Shown here: positions 25,455-37,030 of the stretch, piece after piece
Numbering within the stretch: the stretch's first letter is position 1
Layout of the letters: each line of letters starts with the position of its first letter
Virus record (IMG/VR): IMGVR_UViG_3300047564_001761
Location: 1 to 55,313 of that record
Strand: one strand, 5' to 3'
Source: a virus
Lineage: Duplodnaviria > Caudoviricetes
DNA length: 55,313 nucleotides
Program-made: the position numbers and the translations under genes
The notes under the pieces: generated by a model
What the model was told of the DNA's origin: nothing
Database searches by the model: none
Seen by the model: the letters and a program-made list of their open reading frames with translations, nothing else

Positions 25455-26948
25455 ATGGCAAGAGTATTTGCTATAAACATTGATTTAGCTAAAAATCAGC
25501 TGATCAATGCTAGAATTCATAATGCGCCATCCAGTGCAAAGCCTGCAACACCTGGATTAGGTCAAATCTATTTTGATACAACTGACAATTTTTTATATTT
25601 TTGGAATGGAACTTCTTGGTTAAGAGCATCTGGTGATTTTGGTGTTGGCGGAGAAACAACTTCTCTAACTTTTGGAAATACAAAGTCTGACGGAACATCT
25701 ACTGCGGTAGCTCGTGCAGATCATACTCATGAAGTTCCAGACATCCTTGGAACAACTGGAAAGATTACAGTTACAAAAGATGGGACAACTGGCGATGCAA
25801 CAATTACGCTTCCAGACGAAGTAACAGTAACTACAAAAGTAACTGCGCCAGAGTTTGTTGGAGATTTAACTGGTAATGCTCAAACAGCAACAGCTTTTGA
25901 TGGTTTAAGAACTGTAGAGTTAGCTGGAGATGTAGCAGGAACTACAACTTGGGATGGTTCTGGAAATCTTACAATAACTACATCAGTACAAGAAAACTCA
26001 GTAGCACTTGGAACTGATACAACTGGCGATTATGTTGCTGGAGTTTCAGTATCTGGTAATGGTATTTCAGCAACTGGAACTGGAGAAGGAGCCTCAGTTG
26101 CAATTTCTTCAAACGCTACAGCAGACAATGTTGCAAGCACAACAGTATTTCGTGATTCAAGTGGTAACTTCTCCGCTAATAGAATTACAGTAGAAAATTT
26201 AACAATTAATCAGACTCCCACACAAGCTACAGATGCTGCAACCAAGGGTTACGTAGATGGACTTAAGCAGGGCCTTGATGTAAAAGATTCTGTTAAGGCT
26301 GCAACAACCGAAAACATCGCACTTGATCAAACAACAACAGTGCTTGACGGAGTTGCTCTTGCAGATGGAGACAGAGTACTTGTAAAAGATCAGACAGATG
26401 CTGTAGAAAACGGTATTTGGGTTGTAAGCACAACTGCATCATGGACAAGAGCTGTAGATGCAATAAATGGAAAATTAACTGGTGGATCATTCTTCTTTGT
26501 AGAACAAGGTGGAGTAAACGGAGATAACGGTTTCGTACTTGCAACAAATGGTACACCATCTGTTGGGACAGTAGGTCTAATATTCACACAGTTCTCTGGC
26601 GCAGGTCAGATTGATGCTGGTGCAGGACTTTCTAAGGCAGGAAACCTACTAACAGTAAACACTGGACTTGGATTAGAGATTGTTGATGACAATGTAAAAA
26701 TTGACACAGCAATTGTTGTAAGAAAAGCGGCAGCAACAATCCCAGGAGATTCTACAAGCACAACATTTGCAATAACACATAACCTAGGAACAGACGATAC
26801 AACAGTTCAGGTATTTAGATCAACTGGAGATAAGTCTCAAGTAGAAGTAGATGTAGAGCATACAGATACAAACACTGTTACTATTAAGATGGCTCAGAGT
26901 CCAAATGACTTAGGCCTAGGAGCTTTCAGAGTAGTTATCCACGGATAG
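25455..26948 (+). CDS. tail fibre-like structural protein
   Basis: GQIYFDT, ARADHTH, DAATKGYVD, DRVLVKDQ...ENGIW, FTQFSGAG. Confidence 0.75.
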   Translation: MARVFAINIDLAKNQLINARIHNAPSSAKPATPGLGQIYFDTTDNFLYFWNGTSWLRASGDFGVGGETTSLTFGNTKSDGTSTAVARADHTHEVPDILGTTGKITVTKDGTTGDATITLPDEVTVTTKVTAPEFVGDLTGNAQTATAFDGLRTVELAGDVAGTTTWDGSGNLTITTSVQENSVALGTDTTGDYVAGVSVSGNGISATGTGEGASVAISSNATADNVASTTVFRDSSGNFSANRITVENLTINQTPTQATDAATKGYVDGLKQGLDVKDSVKAATTENIALDQTTTVLDGVALADGDRVLVKDQTDAVENGIWVVSTTASWTRAVDAINGKLTGGSFFFVEQGGVNGDNGFVLATNGTPSVGTVGLIFTQFSGAGQIDAGAGLSKAGNLLTVNTGLGLEIVDDNVKIDTAIVVRKAAATIPGDSTSTTFAITHNLGTDDTTVQVFRSTGDKSQVEVDVEHTDTNTVTIKMAQSPNDLGLGAFRVVIHG

Positions 26949-26958
26949 GAGATAATAG

Positions 26959-29900
26959 ATGGCTAAGAGACTTCTATCTACAGTATCTCTCCCTTCATTA
27001 AGTACAGCACCTACTGGTGCAAATGTTGGCGAACTTTACTATAACACAGCAGATAAAACAGTTCATTCATATACTGGAACTGAGTGGAGACCACTTAGCG
27101 TAGATTATATGAAAGAAATGTTCCTTGGTGGCGCACACGAAGGAATAAATGTAAACTATGACTCTGTAGCAAATACACTTAATTTAGATTTAGATTTAAC
27201 AAAATATTCTTTAGAGCCAGGGGGATTTGAAAATAGAGATGATTCTGAGCTTATTTGGGATGCCCCTTCAAAATCAATAAGATTAAATATAACTGGAAAC
27301 TCTTCTCTGTATTCTCCATATGGTGCATCTCCATATACATTTAAAGGTGCATATGAGAATGGAGCTGATTATAACGTAGATGATGTTGTTACTTACAACG
27401 GTAAATATTACGTAAGAATACTTCCAGCAAATCCAGGTTATCCTCCTGAAACAGAATATTGGGATGCAGGGCATGGACAGCAATGGGCTGAATACTTTTT
27501 AAATCAATATATTTATTATGTTCAGGGCAAGAAGTTTACGAGATTCTTGCCAGATGCAATGAATATACCAGACGATATTGATGGTCTGGTTCCAGGAATA
27601 TATTACATTTATTATGCAGTCGATGGAAACCTTGTTAGAAAAACAACACCATTTAATTTTAAAGATGAGTGTCCAGTAGCAGTAGTAGTAGTTGGCGAAG
27701 ATAGATCTGTTCTCCATGTTGGCGAAGAAAGACATGGAATTGCAATGGACTGGGCAACTCAGTATTATTTGCACAGAACTTTTGGAACACAGTCTACTGG
27801 CGGATTTAATATTGGAAATTACAATATTGCAACAGATGGAACAGCCGATTCAAATTATCAATTCTCTTTAACTGGCGGAACAATATATGATGAAGACAGT
27901 GACTTTACAATAACACATTCTGCTACTCCTTCAGTAGAGGGTGAACAGATATTAGAGCCTATAGCAAACCTTCCAGTTTTATATAGAGTTGGTCCAACTG
28001 GATGGGCTAAAAAGAATCCAAGTCCAATGGCTATTAATGTCAATGGGTCTGGAATACCACAAATAAATGTTAAGTCTGGAACAGACTGGATATCTCAATC
28101 TGCAACAAATAATGATTTTTATGCAGTGTGGATTGTAGCAACAAATAATTTGCTACATCCAATAATTGCTATTATGGGTCAAAGAACAGACACAACAATA
28201 AATGCTGCAAAAGCAAATAACTCTTATGATTCATTAGATCTTATTGGAATTCCAGGATCAGAATTTTATCCTTTATATAGAGTTATACTTCAGCACAAGA
28301 CATCGTACACAAATTCAGCAGCTTCGGTTATAGAAGATGTTTTAGATATTAGATCTTCTTCTGGAGGAACATCTGGTGGCGGCTCTACAACAACTCCAGA
28401 ACACGGAGAGCTTGTAGGATTACTAGATGATGATCATACTCAATATATTCATATATCTAATCCAAGAACTATCGTAGCCGCACACACATTTAATCCCTCT
28501 TCAGTTGGACCAGCTTTTGTGCTTGGACCAAATGCACAAGATTATTTAATAGAGGGCTTAAATGCTGAAATGGTTGGTGGAAATACACTAACTCAAATTA
28601 ACACAACAGCATTTGGATATGCTTCTTCTGCTAAAGATGATGCAATTGCAGCATCTAATGGGTATACAGATGGAAAGTTTACAAACATAGATAGTTACGT
28701 TGCACCTCTCTTAAACCATTCAGGTCATGATGGAGTTCAAGTTGCATGGGATGATTCTCAAAACAAAATAACTTTAAATGTTGAAGAGCCAGTAAGAGTT
28801 TCTAATACTCCTCCAACAGGTGTTGCTGAAGGTGATCAATGGTACGATAATCAAACTGGTGTAATGTATGTTTACGACGGAGCTTACTGGGTTGAAGTAT
28901 CTGGAGGTCTAGGAGCAGATGCGGCGGAACTACCTTCAACAGTACAATATTTGACTGGAACTACATCTAATATACAGTCTCAATTAAATGCAAAGGCTCC
29001 TTTAGCAAGCCCAACATTTACAGGAACCGTCAATCTTCCTAGCAATACATTCTATAATGGAACTGAGTTATCTATTATTTCTAATATACCAAATGCAGCA
29101 CCAAAAGAATCTCCAACATTTACTGGAACAGTTTCTTTGCCAAGTACAACTTCGATAGGAAATGTTTCTTCTTCAGAGATCGCTCACCTCGATGGAGTTA
29201 CATCAAATGTGCAAACACAAATCAATTCTAAAATTTCTGCAAATAATCCTACACTTACTGGAGTCGTAAACCTTCCGTCAACTACATATATTGGATCTGT
29301 AACCCCGATAGAAATAGGTCATTTGGATGGACTAACTGGATCAGTTCAAACACAGCTAGATGATAAAGTTTCTTATGGAAACTTTAATACAGCTAATATT
29401 TCTATTCAGACATATGCAACACTAGCTAATCTACCACCAGCTTCCGCTAATGCTGGAAGAATAGCATATGTTTCTGGAGATGGATATACATACTATTCTC
29501 ATAGCAACGCATGGATTAAGTTAGCTAAGTTTTCAGATATTGCAACTGGCGGAGCAGCATTTCCAATAAACGAACTTTCAGATGTAGATACATCAACAAC
29601 TTCTCCTACATCTGGACAAGTTCTATCTTGGGATGGTTCTAGCTGGGTGCCAGCAACGGTAGCTGGAGGAACAGGAAGTGCTCCGCTAGAAAGCCCAGCA
29701 TTCACTGGTAACGTTTATTTGCCTAATACTACAACTATAGGAGATATTTCATCTACAGAATTATCTTATCTAGATGGAGTTTCTTCTAGCATTCAAGATC
29801 AGTTAGATTTAAAATCTCCTGTTAATGATCCAGTGTTTACTGGTCAGGTATCTCTTCCATCAACAACAAGCATAGGTGGAGTTTCAGAAGAAGAGATTGG

Positions 29901-30627
29901 ATATCTAAACGGAGTAACTAGCGAAATCCAAGCTCAAATAAACTCTAAGTTAAATTCTACTGATTTTAAATATACAGACATTGCCATAAATGCATATGCA
30001 ACAGTCCTAGCTTTACCAGCAGCATCTTCTAACACTGGAAGAATTGCATTCGTATCAGCAGATCAATCAATATACGTTTCAACTGGAACTGTATGGGCTA
30101 GATTAGCAAAGGCTTCAGAAATTTCTGGAACAACTATATCTACAATAAATGATTTAACTGACGTAGATACAGCAACCGCATCTCCTATGACAGGGCAAGT
30201 CTTATACTGGAACGGCACATCTTGGATTCCACAAACGTTAGCGATTCCAACCATAGTTCCTACATATCCAGCAATTACTCAGTTGGAAGTAACAAACAAC
30301 GGAGCAATGGCGTATAACTTCTTAAACCAATATACTGGAGACAATCCATCGCTGTATGCAATTTCTGGAACTACAATTGCATTTAAGCTAAATGTACCAG
30401 GACACCCTTTCTTGATACAAAATTCTTCTGGAACAAATTATAGCAATGGTTTAGTGCATGTTGGACTAGATGGTACCATTTCTACTGGGTCTAATGCTCA
30501 GGGAAAAACAAATGGTACACTATATTGGCAAATACCAGCAACATTAAGCGGAGACTATAAGTATCAGTGTCAAGTGCATTCTATGATGAATGGTATTATA
30601 ACCGTAAAGGATATATCTCTGATATGA
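26959..30627 (+). CDS. large repetitive fibre-like protein with C-terminal cupredoxin-like domain
   Basis: repeats P.FTG.V.LPSTT.IG...EI..LDG; C-terminal GHPF...YQCQVHSMM. Confidence 0.75.
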   Translation: MAKRLLSTVSLPSLSTAPTGANVGELYYNTADKTVHSYTGTEWRPLSVDYMKEMFLGGAHEGINVNYDSVANTLNLDLDLTKYSLEPGGFENRDDSELIWDAPSKSIRLNITGNSSLYSPYGASPYTFKGAYENGADYNVDDVVTYNGKYYVRILPANPGYPPETEYWDAGHGQQWAEYFLNQYIYYVQGKKFTRFLPDAMNIPDDIDGLVPGIYYIYYAVDGNLVRKTTPFNFKDECPVAVVVVGEDRSVLHVGEERHGIAMDWATQYYLHRTFGTQSTGGFNIGNYNIATDGTADSNYQFSLTGGTIYDEDSDFTITHSATPSVEGEQILEPIANLPVLYRVGPTGWAKKNPSPMAINVNGSGIPQINVKSGTDWISQSATNNDFYAVWIVATNNLLHPIIAIMGQRTDTTINAAKANNSYDSLDLIGIPGSEFYPLYRVILQHKTSYTNSAASVIEDVLDIRSSSGGTSGGGSTTTPEHGELVGLLDDDHTQYIHISNPRTIVAAHTFNPSSVGPAFVLGPNAQDYLIEGLNAEMVGGNTLTQINTTAFGYASSAKDDAIAASNGYTDGKFTNIDSYVAPLLNHSGHDGVQVAWDDSQNKITLNVEEPVRVSNTPPTGVAEGDQWYDNQTGVMYVYDGAYWVEVSGGLGADAAELPSTVQYLTGTTSNIQSQLNAKAPLASPTFTGTVNLPSNTFYNGTELSIISNIPNAAPKESPTFTGTVSLPSTTSIGNVSSSEIAHLDGVTSNVQTQINSKISANNPTLTGVVNLPSTTYIGSVTPIEIGHLDGLTGSVQTQLDDKVSYGNFNTANISIQTYATLANLPPASANAGRIAYVSGDGYTYYSHSNAWIKLAKFSDIATGGAAFPINELSDVDTSTTSPTSGQVLSWDGSSWVPATVAGGTGSAPLESPAFTGNVYLPNTTTIGDISSTELSYLDGVSSSIQDQLDLKSPVNDPVFTGQVSLPSTTSIGGVSEEEIGYLNGVTSEIQAQINSKLNSTDFKYTDIAINAYATVLALPAASSNTGRIAFVSADQSIYVSTGTVWARLAKASEISGTTISTINDLTDVDTATASPMTGQVLYWNGTSWIPQTLAIPTIVPTYPAITQLEVTNNGAMAYNFLNQYTGDNPSLYAISGTTIAFKLNVPGHPFLIQNSSGTNYSNGLVHVGLDGTISTGSNAQGKTNGTLYWQIPATLSGDYKYQCQVHSMMNGIITVKDISLI

Positions 30628-30646
30628 TAAATAAGGAAAATCTATA

Positions 30647-32239
30647 ATGGCTACAATATTCCCAGCTAATCCATCCATTAACCAGATATATAATGGTTAT
30701 CAATGGAATGGTACTGCCTGGAAGATTATAGATAATTTTACTGAAAGATCTCAAGATGCTGTATCATCTTTGTTTACTCATACAAATCACTCAAATGTAA
30801 GCGCTGTATATAATGATGAAACAAACCAGATAATATTTACTGCTTCTGCAACATTAACGCAAGAACAAATACAGGATTCTGTAGCACCACTTTTAAATCA
30901 CGTAAATCATCAAAACATAGACGTTTTGTATGATGACGATAATAATAAGCTTATACTAGAAGCGGTTATTCCTCCTTCTAAGGCAATAATTTCTGCAACT
31001 GCCCCAACCTCTCCTCAAGATGGAGAGTTCTGGTTTGATATAGACGATTTGCGTGGGGACATAAAGGCATTAAAGGTTTGGAATGCCACTTCTTCTGCAT
31101 GGGAGTATGTTAGCCCAAATCTAGGTCTGTCTACAACTAACTCTTGGACAGCAAAAAATACATTTAGCCAAGGTGTTGTAATTGGACTTTCCTCTTCACC
31201 ATCATCTCCAGTAGAAGGCCAAGTTTACTACGATACAACTTTAGACACATTGCGAATCTGGAATGGCACTCAATGGACAACAGTAACTGGTGGTGGGGGT
31301 GGCGGATCAGCATTCTCCTTAATATCTACTGACACAACTCAAGTTCCAGCAATTATGTTTTTTGGAGCAGCAGCTCCTTCAGGCGGAACTCAAAACGTAG
31401 GTGATTTATGGATTGATATAGATGATGATGCTGGAGATACAGAGTTTATACATGTTGGTCCTGATGCGCCAGATACTTATGGTGCAGGAACATTGTGGGT
31501 AGATACAGATGAGCCAGAACTTCCTTTAATATATTCTGATGAGGAGCCTCCAAATCAAACTCCAATCGAGGGAGACTTTTGGGTAGACATTGATGATCTA
31601 GCTGGACAACTGGTAACAGTAAGAGAAACAGCACCCCTACCATCAGAGTCCGAACTTTGGATTGATACTTCTACAGAAGAAGGACTAGAAACATTTACAG
31701 TTGCAAATGTATATGAAGGAAATAGGTCAGTATTTAATACAGTAACAGATTTACCAAACGCTTCAACTCATGGTGGAATGATTGCGTATGTAGAGCAAAA
31801 CAAATCTCTTTATGTGTCAAGAGTAGATATCCCAGAATATACCCTTGCTGCTACTTATACTATTTCAAACAATGGGTCATTAAACTATACAATTAATGGA
31901 AATTCTAATGCGCCTATAATTTTGCAAAGAGGTAAAAAGTATATATTCAATATAAATTCACCAGGACACCCATTTTGGATTAAAACTCAGCCTTCGGCTG
32001 GAGTTAACTTTGACTGGTATTATGGAGTCGTAAATAATGGCTCAGACAGTGGTTCTGTAATATTTAATGTGCCATACAATGCTCCAGACAACCTATACTA
32101 TGTTTGTCAAGGGCATGAGGCTATGAGTGGATCAATAACAGTAACTGGAACAGTCACATTAACCTCATCTTGGGAAAAGCTTTACCCAAATGATGCAAAA
32201 GATCAATTAGAGGTCTTTGGTTACATGGGATTATTATAA
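30647..32239 (+). CDS. fibre-like protein with acidic W-x-D repeats and cupredoxin-like domain
   Basis: repeated G.(L/F)W(I/V)D; GHPF...YVCQGHEAM. Confidence 0.75.
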   Translation: MATIFPANPSINQIYNGYQWNGTAWKIIDNFTERSQDAVSSLFTHTNHSNVSAVYNDETNQIIFTASATLTQEQIQDSVAPLLNHVNHQNIDVLYDDDNNKLILEAVIPPSKAIISATAPTSPQDGEFWFDIDDLRGDIKALKVWNATSSAWEYVSPNLGLSTTNSWTAKNTFSQGVVIGLSSSPSSPVEGQVYYDTTLDTLRIWNGTQWTTVTGGGGGGSAFSLISTDTTQVPAIMFFGAAAPSGGTQNVGDLWIDIDDDAGDTEFIHVGPDAPDTYGAGTLWVDTDEPELPLIYSDEEPPNQTPIEGDFWVDIDDLAGQLVTVRETAPLPSESELWIDTSTEEGLETFTVANVYEGNRSVFNTVTDLPNASTHGGMIAYVEQNKSLYVSRVDIPEYTLAATYTISNNGSLNYTINGNSNAPIILQRGKKYIFNINSPGHPFWIKTQPSAGVNFDWYYGVVNNGSDSGSVIFNVPYNAPDNLYYVCQGHEAMSGSITVTGTVTLTSSWEKLYPNDAKDQLEVFGYMGLL

Positions 32240-32274
32240 AGAATTTGGTATAATTCTATAAGGAGTGTGAGCTA

Positions 32275-32838
32275 ATGTCATTAAAACGCTATGATGGAAC
32301 GCAATGGGTTACCGTTGCTGGTTCACGTCCAGGCCCTACAGGTCCAGCAGGACCTCAAGGCCCAGCAGGTTCACAGGGGCCAGCAGGCCCCGCAGGTGCG
32401 GCAGGCCCAGCAGGACCACAAGGTCCGCAAGGAGTCGCAGGCCCAGCAGGTTCACAAGGAATTCAGGGTCCTATTGGTCCAACAGGTGAAAGAGGCTCAA
32501 AGTATTTTACTGGCTCATTGAATCCAGTTTCAACTTCTGGCTACTTCACTGGAGATCAGTTTTTAAACACCACAACTGGTGACCTATTTACATTTAGTGC
32601 ACTTCCAACACCAGCTTGGACACTAGCGGATAATATTATTGGTCCAGCAGGACCGCAAGGCCCAGCAGGACCAACAGGTCCTACTGGAGAAATTGTTGTG
32701 GCGGACATTGAAAGAAGAGTATCTGCATATGAGTTAGATATTCTGCTAAACTTAGGTATATACTTTCCAAAGTATAATACCCTTGCAAATCTTTCAACAG
32801 TTACTGGAACAATTTCAGCAACAAGCTTTATTCTATAA
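32275..32838 (+). CDS. collagen-like (Gly-X-Y) protein
   Basis: long GPA/GPQ triplet runs. Confidence 0.85.
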   Translation: MSLKRYDGTQWVTVAGSRPGPTGPAGPQGPAGSQGPAGPAGAAGPAGPQGPQGVAGPAGSQGIQGPIGPTGERGSKYFTGSLNPVSTSGYFTGDQFLNTTTGDLFTFSALPTPAWTLADNIIGPAGPQGPAGPTGPTGEIVVADIERRVSAYELDILLNLGIYFPKYNTLANLSTVTGTISATSFIL

Positions 32839-32852
32839 GATGGAGAAAATGA

Positions 32853-35800
32853 ATGGCTAGAAGAACGTTAGTAAACAGAGATTACATATTTAATCCAGTA
32901 GCTGGAACAATTATAATTCCTGAACCAATTCAACGTGAAAGACTCATGTTGATAACAAACGTAACACGTAATAAGGTTATCTATAACTTCTCAGATCAAA
33001 ACCTAGGTGCGCTTGCTTACTCCATCAGCGACCACCCAACATCACCTGACACAACAGTAACATTAGAGTATAACACTGCTGATATGGCATCAACAGATGA
33101 TCTATCAATTATTTACGATGATGCAGTAGAAAGATTCTTGCCAGCAGAGACAATGATCGATGCAGTTGGAAAAATGCGTGTTTCTACTCCGCAGTCTCTC
33201 ATCGATACAGACTTTGAATACTCAGTTCAGAACTCTAAGTGGGAAACACTTACACTTCAAAACAATTACCCATCATTCTTCTCAAGAGGTACTGGAGGAA
33301 ACTCATTTGACCTTCTTTCTGTTACATCGAATGGAGCTTCACCTAGATCAGTTATTACAGTAACAACAAACTCATTAGCCCCACATGGACTTAATAGTGG
33401 TGATATCGTTTCTGTTCAAGAAACATTAAACGCTTTGGCAGATGGTACATCTGTTATTCAGGTAACAAACGCAAACGTATTTACATATACTTCAAAAGGA
33501 ATAATTCCAGCAGGCGAATTGCTAGATGGAACACTAACAACAATTTATGGTGGCGGTATTTTTGACAATGCACATATCCCAGGAGGAATCCCAGGACAGT
33601 TTAACGCATTTGCAGCGGTATCAGATGAAGCATCAGCCGCATCAGGCGGATCTACAATTACAATTCAGACTCAGAGACCACATGGACTCTATGCTGGAGT
33701 TACAGTTTTGTTTGCAGGATCTTCTGCAACATCAATCGACGGCAACTACTTGGTAACAAAAGTTCCTACAGCTACTACAATTCAGTTTAAATCACCAAAT
33801 ACAGTATTAAACCCAATCAATACTGACCAGCTAGGATTTTATGTAAGACCAGAAGGATACGTAGACCACAGACCATTTGACGGTGGTGTTATTCTTTCAA
33901 CCGCTAATAACGTATGCGGAACACAAACAATTCGTCAGACACGCCGTTACTTCCGTTATCAGTCAGGTAAGTCAATTCAGTTCTCAACAGGAACTAAGTT
34001 TACACCTACATTTGATATTACAGATATTTATTCTACATCAACTGCAGCAGGATCAAACTACATTAATATTACAACACTTCAAGACCATAACCTACAGCCA
34101 GGCGCAGAGGTACTTCTTGAGGGAATTGAAACAGTTGGATACAACCCATATAATGGTGTACACGTTGTATATGAAGTTATTAATAACACACAGCTTAGAC
34201 TTCAAACAGTATTCACACAAACAATTTCTGGACTAGATCAATATCCAGGTGGTGTTAATGCATTCTTAACAGCATACCGCTGGAAGGGTTCAGCAACACG
34301 TGCAGGTCTATATGATGAGCAAAATGGATTCTATTTTGAGTATGACGGAACAAAGCTTTATGCAGTTAAAAGATTCTCAAACAAAGAGCTTTTTGGAAAG
34401 CTAACATGTACTCAATACTCTAATCTAATTACAGGTCAAGGAACAAGATTCCGCAAGCAGCTTGTGGTTGGACAGTATATTGTTATTCGTGGACAGTCAT
34501 ATCGTGTTATTGGAATTGATTCTGACACACAGATGTATGTTTCTCCAGCATATCGTGGATCATCAAATACATCTGCAAGATATATGGTTACTCAAGTAGA
34601 AAAAATTCCTCTAGATGAGTGGAACATAGATAGATTTGACGGAACAGGTCCTTCAGGATTTAAGATTGATCTTTCAAAGATGCAGATGACATATATTGAT
34701 TACTCATGGTATGGAGCTGGTTACATTAGATTTGGTCTCAGAACAACAGAGGGAGACATTGCTTGGGGTCATAAGATTTCAAACAACAATATTAATACAG
34801 CAGCATATATGCGTTCTGGTAACCTTCCAGCTCGTTATGAAACAATTAACGAGCCACTTGAGTCAACAAGATTAATTGCAGGAGGAGATGGAGTAAGCGG
34901 TTCAACATTGTTCCCACAGCAAACACTTCTTTACGTAGAAAATGTTGAAAGATGGCCAGCACAAGGTCACCTAAGAATTTCTGATAATACAAACTTTGAA
35001 ATTTGTGAGTATACTCAAATTGGTGCATATAACTCTACATTACGTGCTTATCCGATTACAGTAATTAGAAGAGCTCCACAAACATTAGTTTATGGAGGAC
35101 AATCTTATGTCCTAACTGGAACATCAAGCCTTGTAAACTTTGTACCAGACCTATCAATTCCTGGTGGTTCTGGAAATGCTCAAGTTTCTGTTCAAACAAT
35201 TTCTCAAAACTGTGCACCAGTTATGTCCCACTGGGGATCATCCGTAATTATGGATGGTGGATTCAATGATGACTCATTCTACCTCTTCACTGCTGGTATG
35301 CAGAGATATCTACAGGTTGGTGGATCTGGTACAGTTTCTGCAACAGTTACAAACCGTTCACGTGCTGCAAACATTGTAACCCTAACAACGTCAACAAATC
35401 ATGGATTACAGGTTGGCTCTGCAGCAACTATTTCTGGAATTCTTCAGCTATCAACTATTACTGGTAGACAGTTAACATCTGGAGTTGCAATTATTTATAT
35501 GGCATCTGATCACGATGCAGTTGTAGGAAATCAAGTAACAATCACAGGACTTGATTCAAGATTTAATGGAACATATACAGTAGCATCTGTTCCAAATAAT
35601 AATACTATTACTTACTCAAGATTAGGATTTGGAAACGTACCATTTGCCTCTGCATCAGGAACTGCAACAGTTTCTACTTCATACAATGGAGTATTTACAC
35701 TTACAGCAGCCTCTGGAAACACTTTAACCTATTCTAATACTGGACCAGATGAACCACAAACATCTGTTATTCCAAATGGTACAGTTCAACAGTCACTTGG

Positions 35801-36350
35801 ATCTACTCCAATTCCACGTCCATTAATTTCTCTTAGAATTGCACCTTCTGTAGATAATGGTATTGCAAGAAACTTTGGTGTTCGTGAACTAGCAAATAGA
35901 ATGCAGCTAAAGCTTGACTCAATTGGAGTTTTGGCTTCAGGTCAGTTCCTAATTGAAGGAATTTTAAATCCAGCATCTATGAACGGTCCAACATTGCCTA
36001 CAGCATGGGAAACAGTTCGTGTTGGAGCAGGTTCCCTAGCTCAAGTTATCTTCCATGATAATACTGGTACTCAAGGAGCAACAGTTACATCTCCTACAAA
36101 TACAATCGGTGGTGGTGACCGTGTATTTGCATTTTATACAGAAGCTCCTACAGGTGGTACATTCTCAGTAACAAACTTCTCTGCTACAAAGATCAGAGAT
36201 TTGGGTAACTCAATTCTTAACGGAAATGGATCACAGACAAATCCATCATTCCCTAACGGTCCAGATATTCTTACAATTGTAGCAACAAACATTGGTACAG
36301 CAGCTGCAAACATTTCAGCTCGTGTAACATGGACAGAAGCTCAGGCATAA
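32853..36350 (+). CDS. large virion structural protein (baseplate/fibre-associated)
   Basis: KMRVSTPQSLIDTDFEY, RQTRRYFRYQSGK, YSWYGAG, SHWGSSVIMDG; repeated HGL..G beta domains. Confidence 0.75.
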   Translation: MARRTLVNRDYIFNPVAGTIIIPEPIQRERLMLITNVTRNKVIYNFSDQNLGALAYSISDHPTSPDTTVTLEYNTADMASTDDLSIIYDDAVERFLPAETMIDAVGKMRVSTPQSLIDTDFEYSVQNSKWETLTLQNNYPSFFSRGTGGNSFDLLSVTSNGASPRSVITVTTNSLAPHGLNSGDIVSVQETLNALADGTSVIQVTNANVFTYTSKGIIPAGELLDGTLTTIYGGGIFDNAHIPGGIPGQFNAFAAVSDEASAASGGSTITIQTQRPHGLYAGVTVLFAGSSATSIDGNYLVTKVPTATTIQFKSPNTVLNPINTDQLGFYVRPEGYVDHRPFDGGVILSTANNVCGTQTIRQTRRYFRYQSGKSIQFSTGTKFTPTFDITDIYSTSTAAGSNYINITTLQDHNLQPGAEVLLEGIETVGYNPYNGVHVVYEVINNTQLRLQTVFTQTISGLDQYPGGVNAFLTAYRWKGSATRAGLYDEQNGFYFEYDGTKLYAVKRFSNKELFGKLTCTQYSNLITGQGTRFRKQLVVGQYIVIRGQSYRVIGIDSDTQMYVSPAYRGSSNTSARYMVTQVEKIPLDEWNIDRFDGTGPSGFKIDLSKMQMTYIDYSWYGAGYIRFGLRTTEGDIAWGHKISNNNINTAAYMRSGNLPARYETINEPLESTRLIAGGDGVSGSTLFPQQTLLYVENVERWPAQGHLRISDNTNFEICEYTQIGAYNSTLRAYPITVIRRAPQTLVYGGQSYVLTGTSSLVNFVPDLSIPGGSGNAQVSVQTISQNCAPVMSHWGSSVIMDGGFNDDSFYLFTAGMQRYLQVGGSGTVSATVTNRSRAANIVTLTTSTNHGLQVGSAATISGILQLSTITGRQLTSGVAIIYMASDHDAVVGNQVTITGLDSRFNGTYTVASVPNNNTITYSRLGFGNVPFASASGTATVSTSYNGVFTLTAASGNTLTYSNTGPDEPQTSVIPNGTVQQSLGSTPIPRPLISLRIAPSVDNGIARNFGVRELANRMQLKLDSIGVLASGQFLIEGILNPASMNGPTLPTAWETVRVGAGSLAQVIFHDNTGTQGATVTSPTNTIGGGDRVFAFYTEAPTGGTFSVTNFSATKIRDLGNSILNGNGSQTNPSFPNGPDILTIVATNIGTAAANISARVTWTEAQA

Positions 36351-36361
36351 AAGGAGAATAA

Positions 36362-37030
36362 ATGCCAGACTATACTACGCTATCTGATCAGATAGAGTTA
36401 TTTAAAGATAAGGTTGATGCCTTAACCTCAACAACTATGGATGCAAACGACCTAGTTCTTTTGGCATCTGCTCTAAATGCTCTAGGAGCATCTCTTGGCG
36501 TAAATGACATTTTGCAGGCTACAGTAGATAGAATAGCAGCAATTGAGGCGGCTAAGGTTGCTGCAATTGCAACAATTAACTCTTCAGTTAATGGTGATAG
36601 ACTTACAGACCTAGAAACAAGCCAGGTTGATCAAGAATCAAGACTAGACAACGTAGAAAACTTTGTGTCAACTAGCCTTTCAGATTTTAGCGGTTTGTCT
36701 TCTCAAATAAATACAATTAATTCTCAGCTGGCACCAAACCTTCCATCAACATGGAAAGTAATTACAGACAGTGGATATACAATTGCCAACAAGGATAGAC
36801 TACTTGTTGTCCCCTCTGCTGGTCAAACAGTAACTTTACCAATTACTCCTACAGTTGGAGCAAATGTTCAGATTGTAGATGCAGTAGGAAATTCAGCAAC
36901 AACTAGCTTTACCGTATTAAGAAACGGATCACTAATAAATGGTGTAGCAGAAGATTTGGTATTTAACGTAAATGGTGGAAACGTAACAATGGTTTTTGCA
37001 GGTTCAACTTATGGATGGAGAGTGTTCTAA
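36362..37030 (+). CDS. fibre-associated coiled-coil protein
   Basis: coiled coil then TVTLP..P.VG...YGWRV; N-terminus paralogous to 38345. Confidence 0.7.
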   Translation: MPDYTTLSDQIELFKDKVDALTSTTMDANDLVLLASALNALGASLGVNDILQATVDRIAAIEAAKVAAIATINSSVNGDRLTDLETSQVDQESRLDNVENFVSTSLSDFSGLSSQINTINSQLAPNLPSTWKVITDSGYTIANKDRLLVVPSAGQTVTLPITPTVGANVQIVDAVGNSATTSFTVLRNGSLINGVAEDLVFNVNGGNVTMVFAGSTYGWRVF

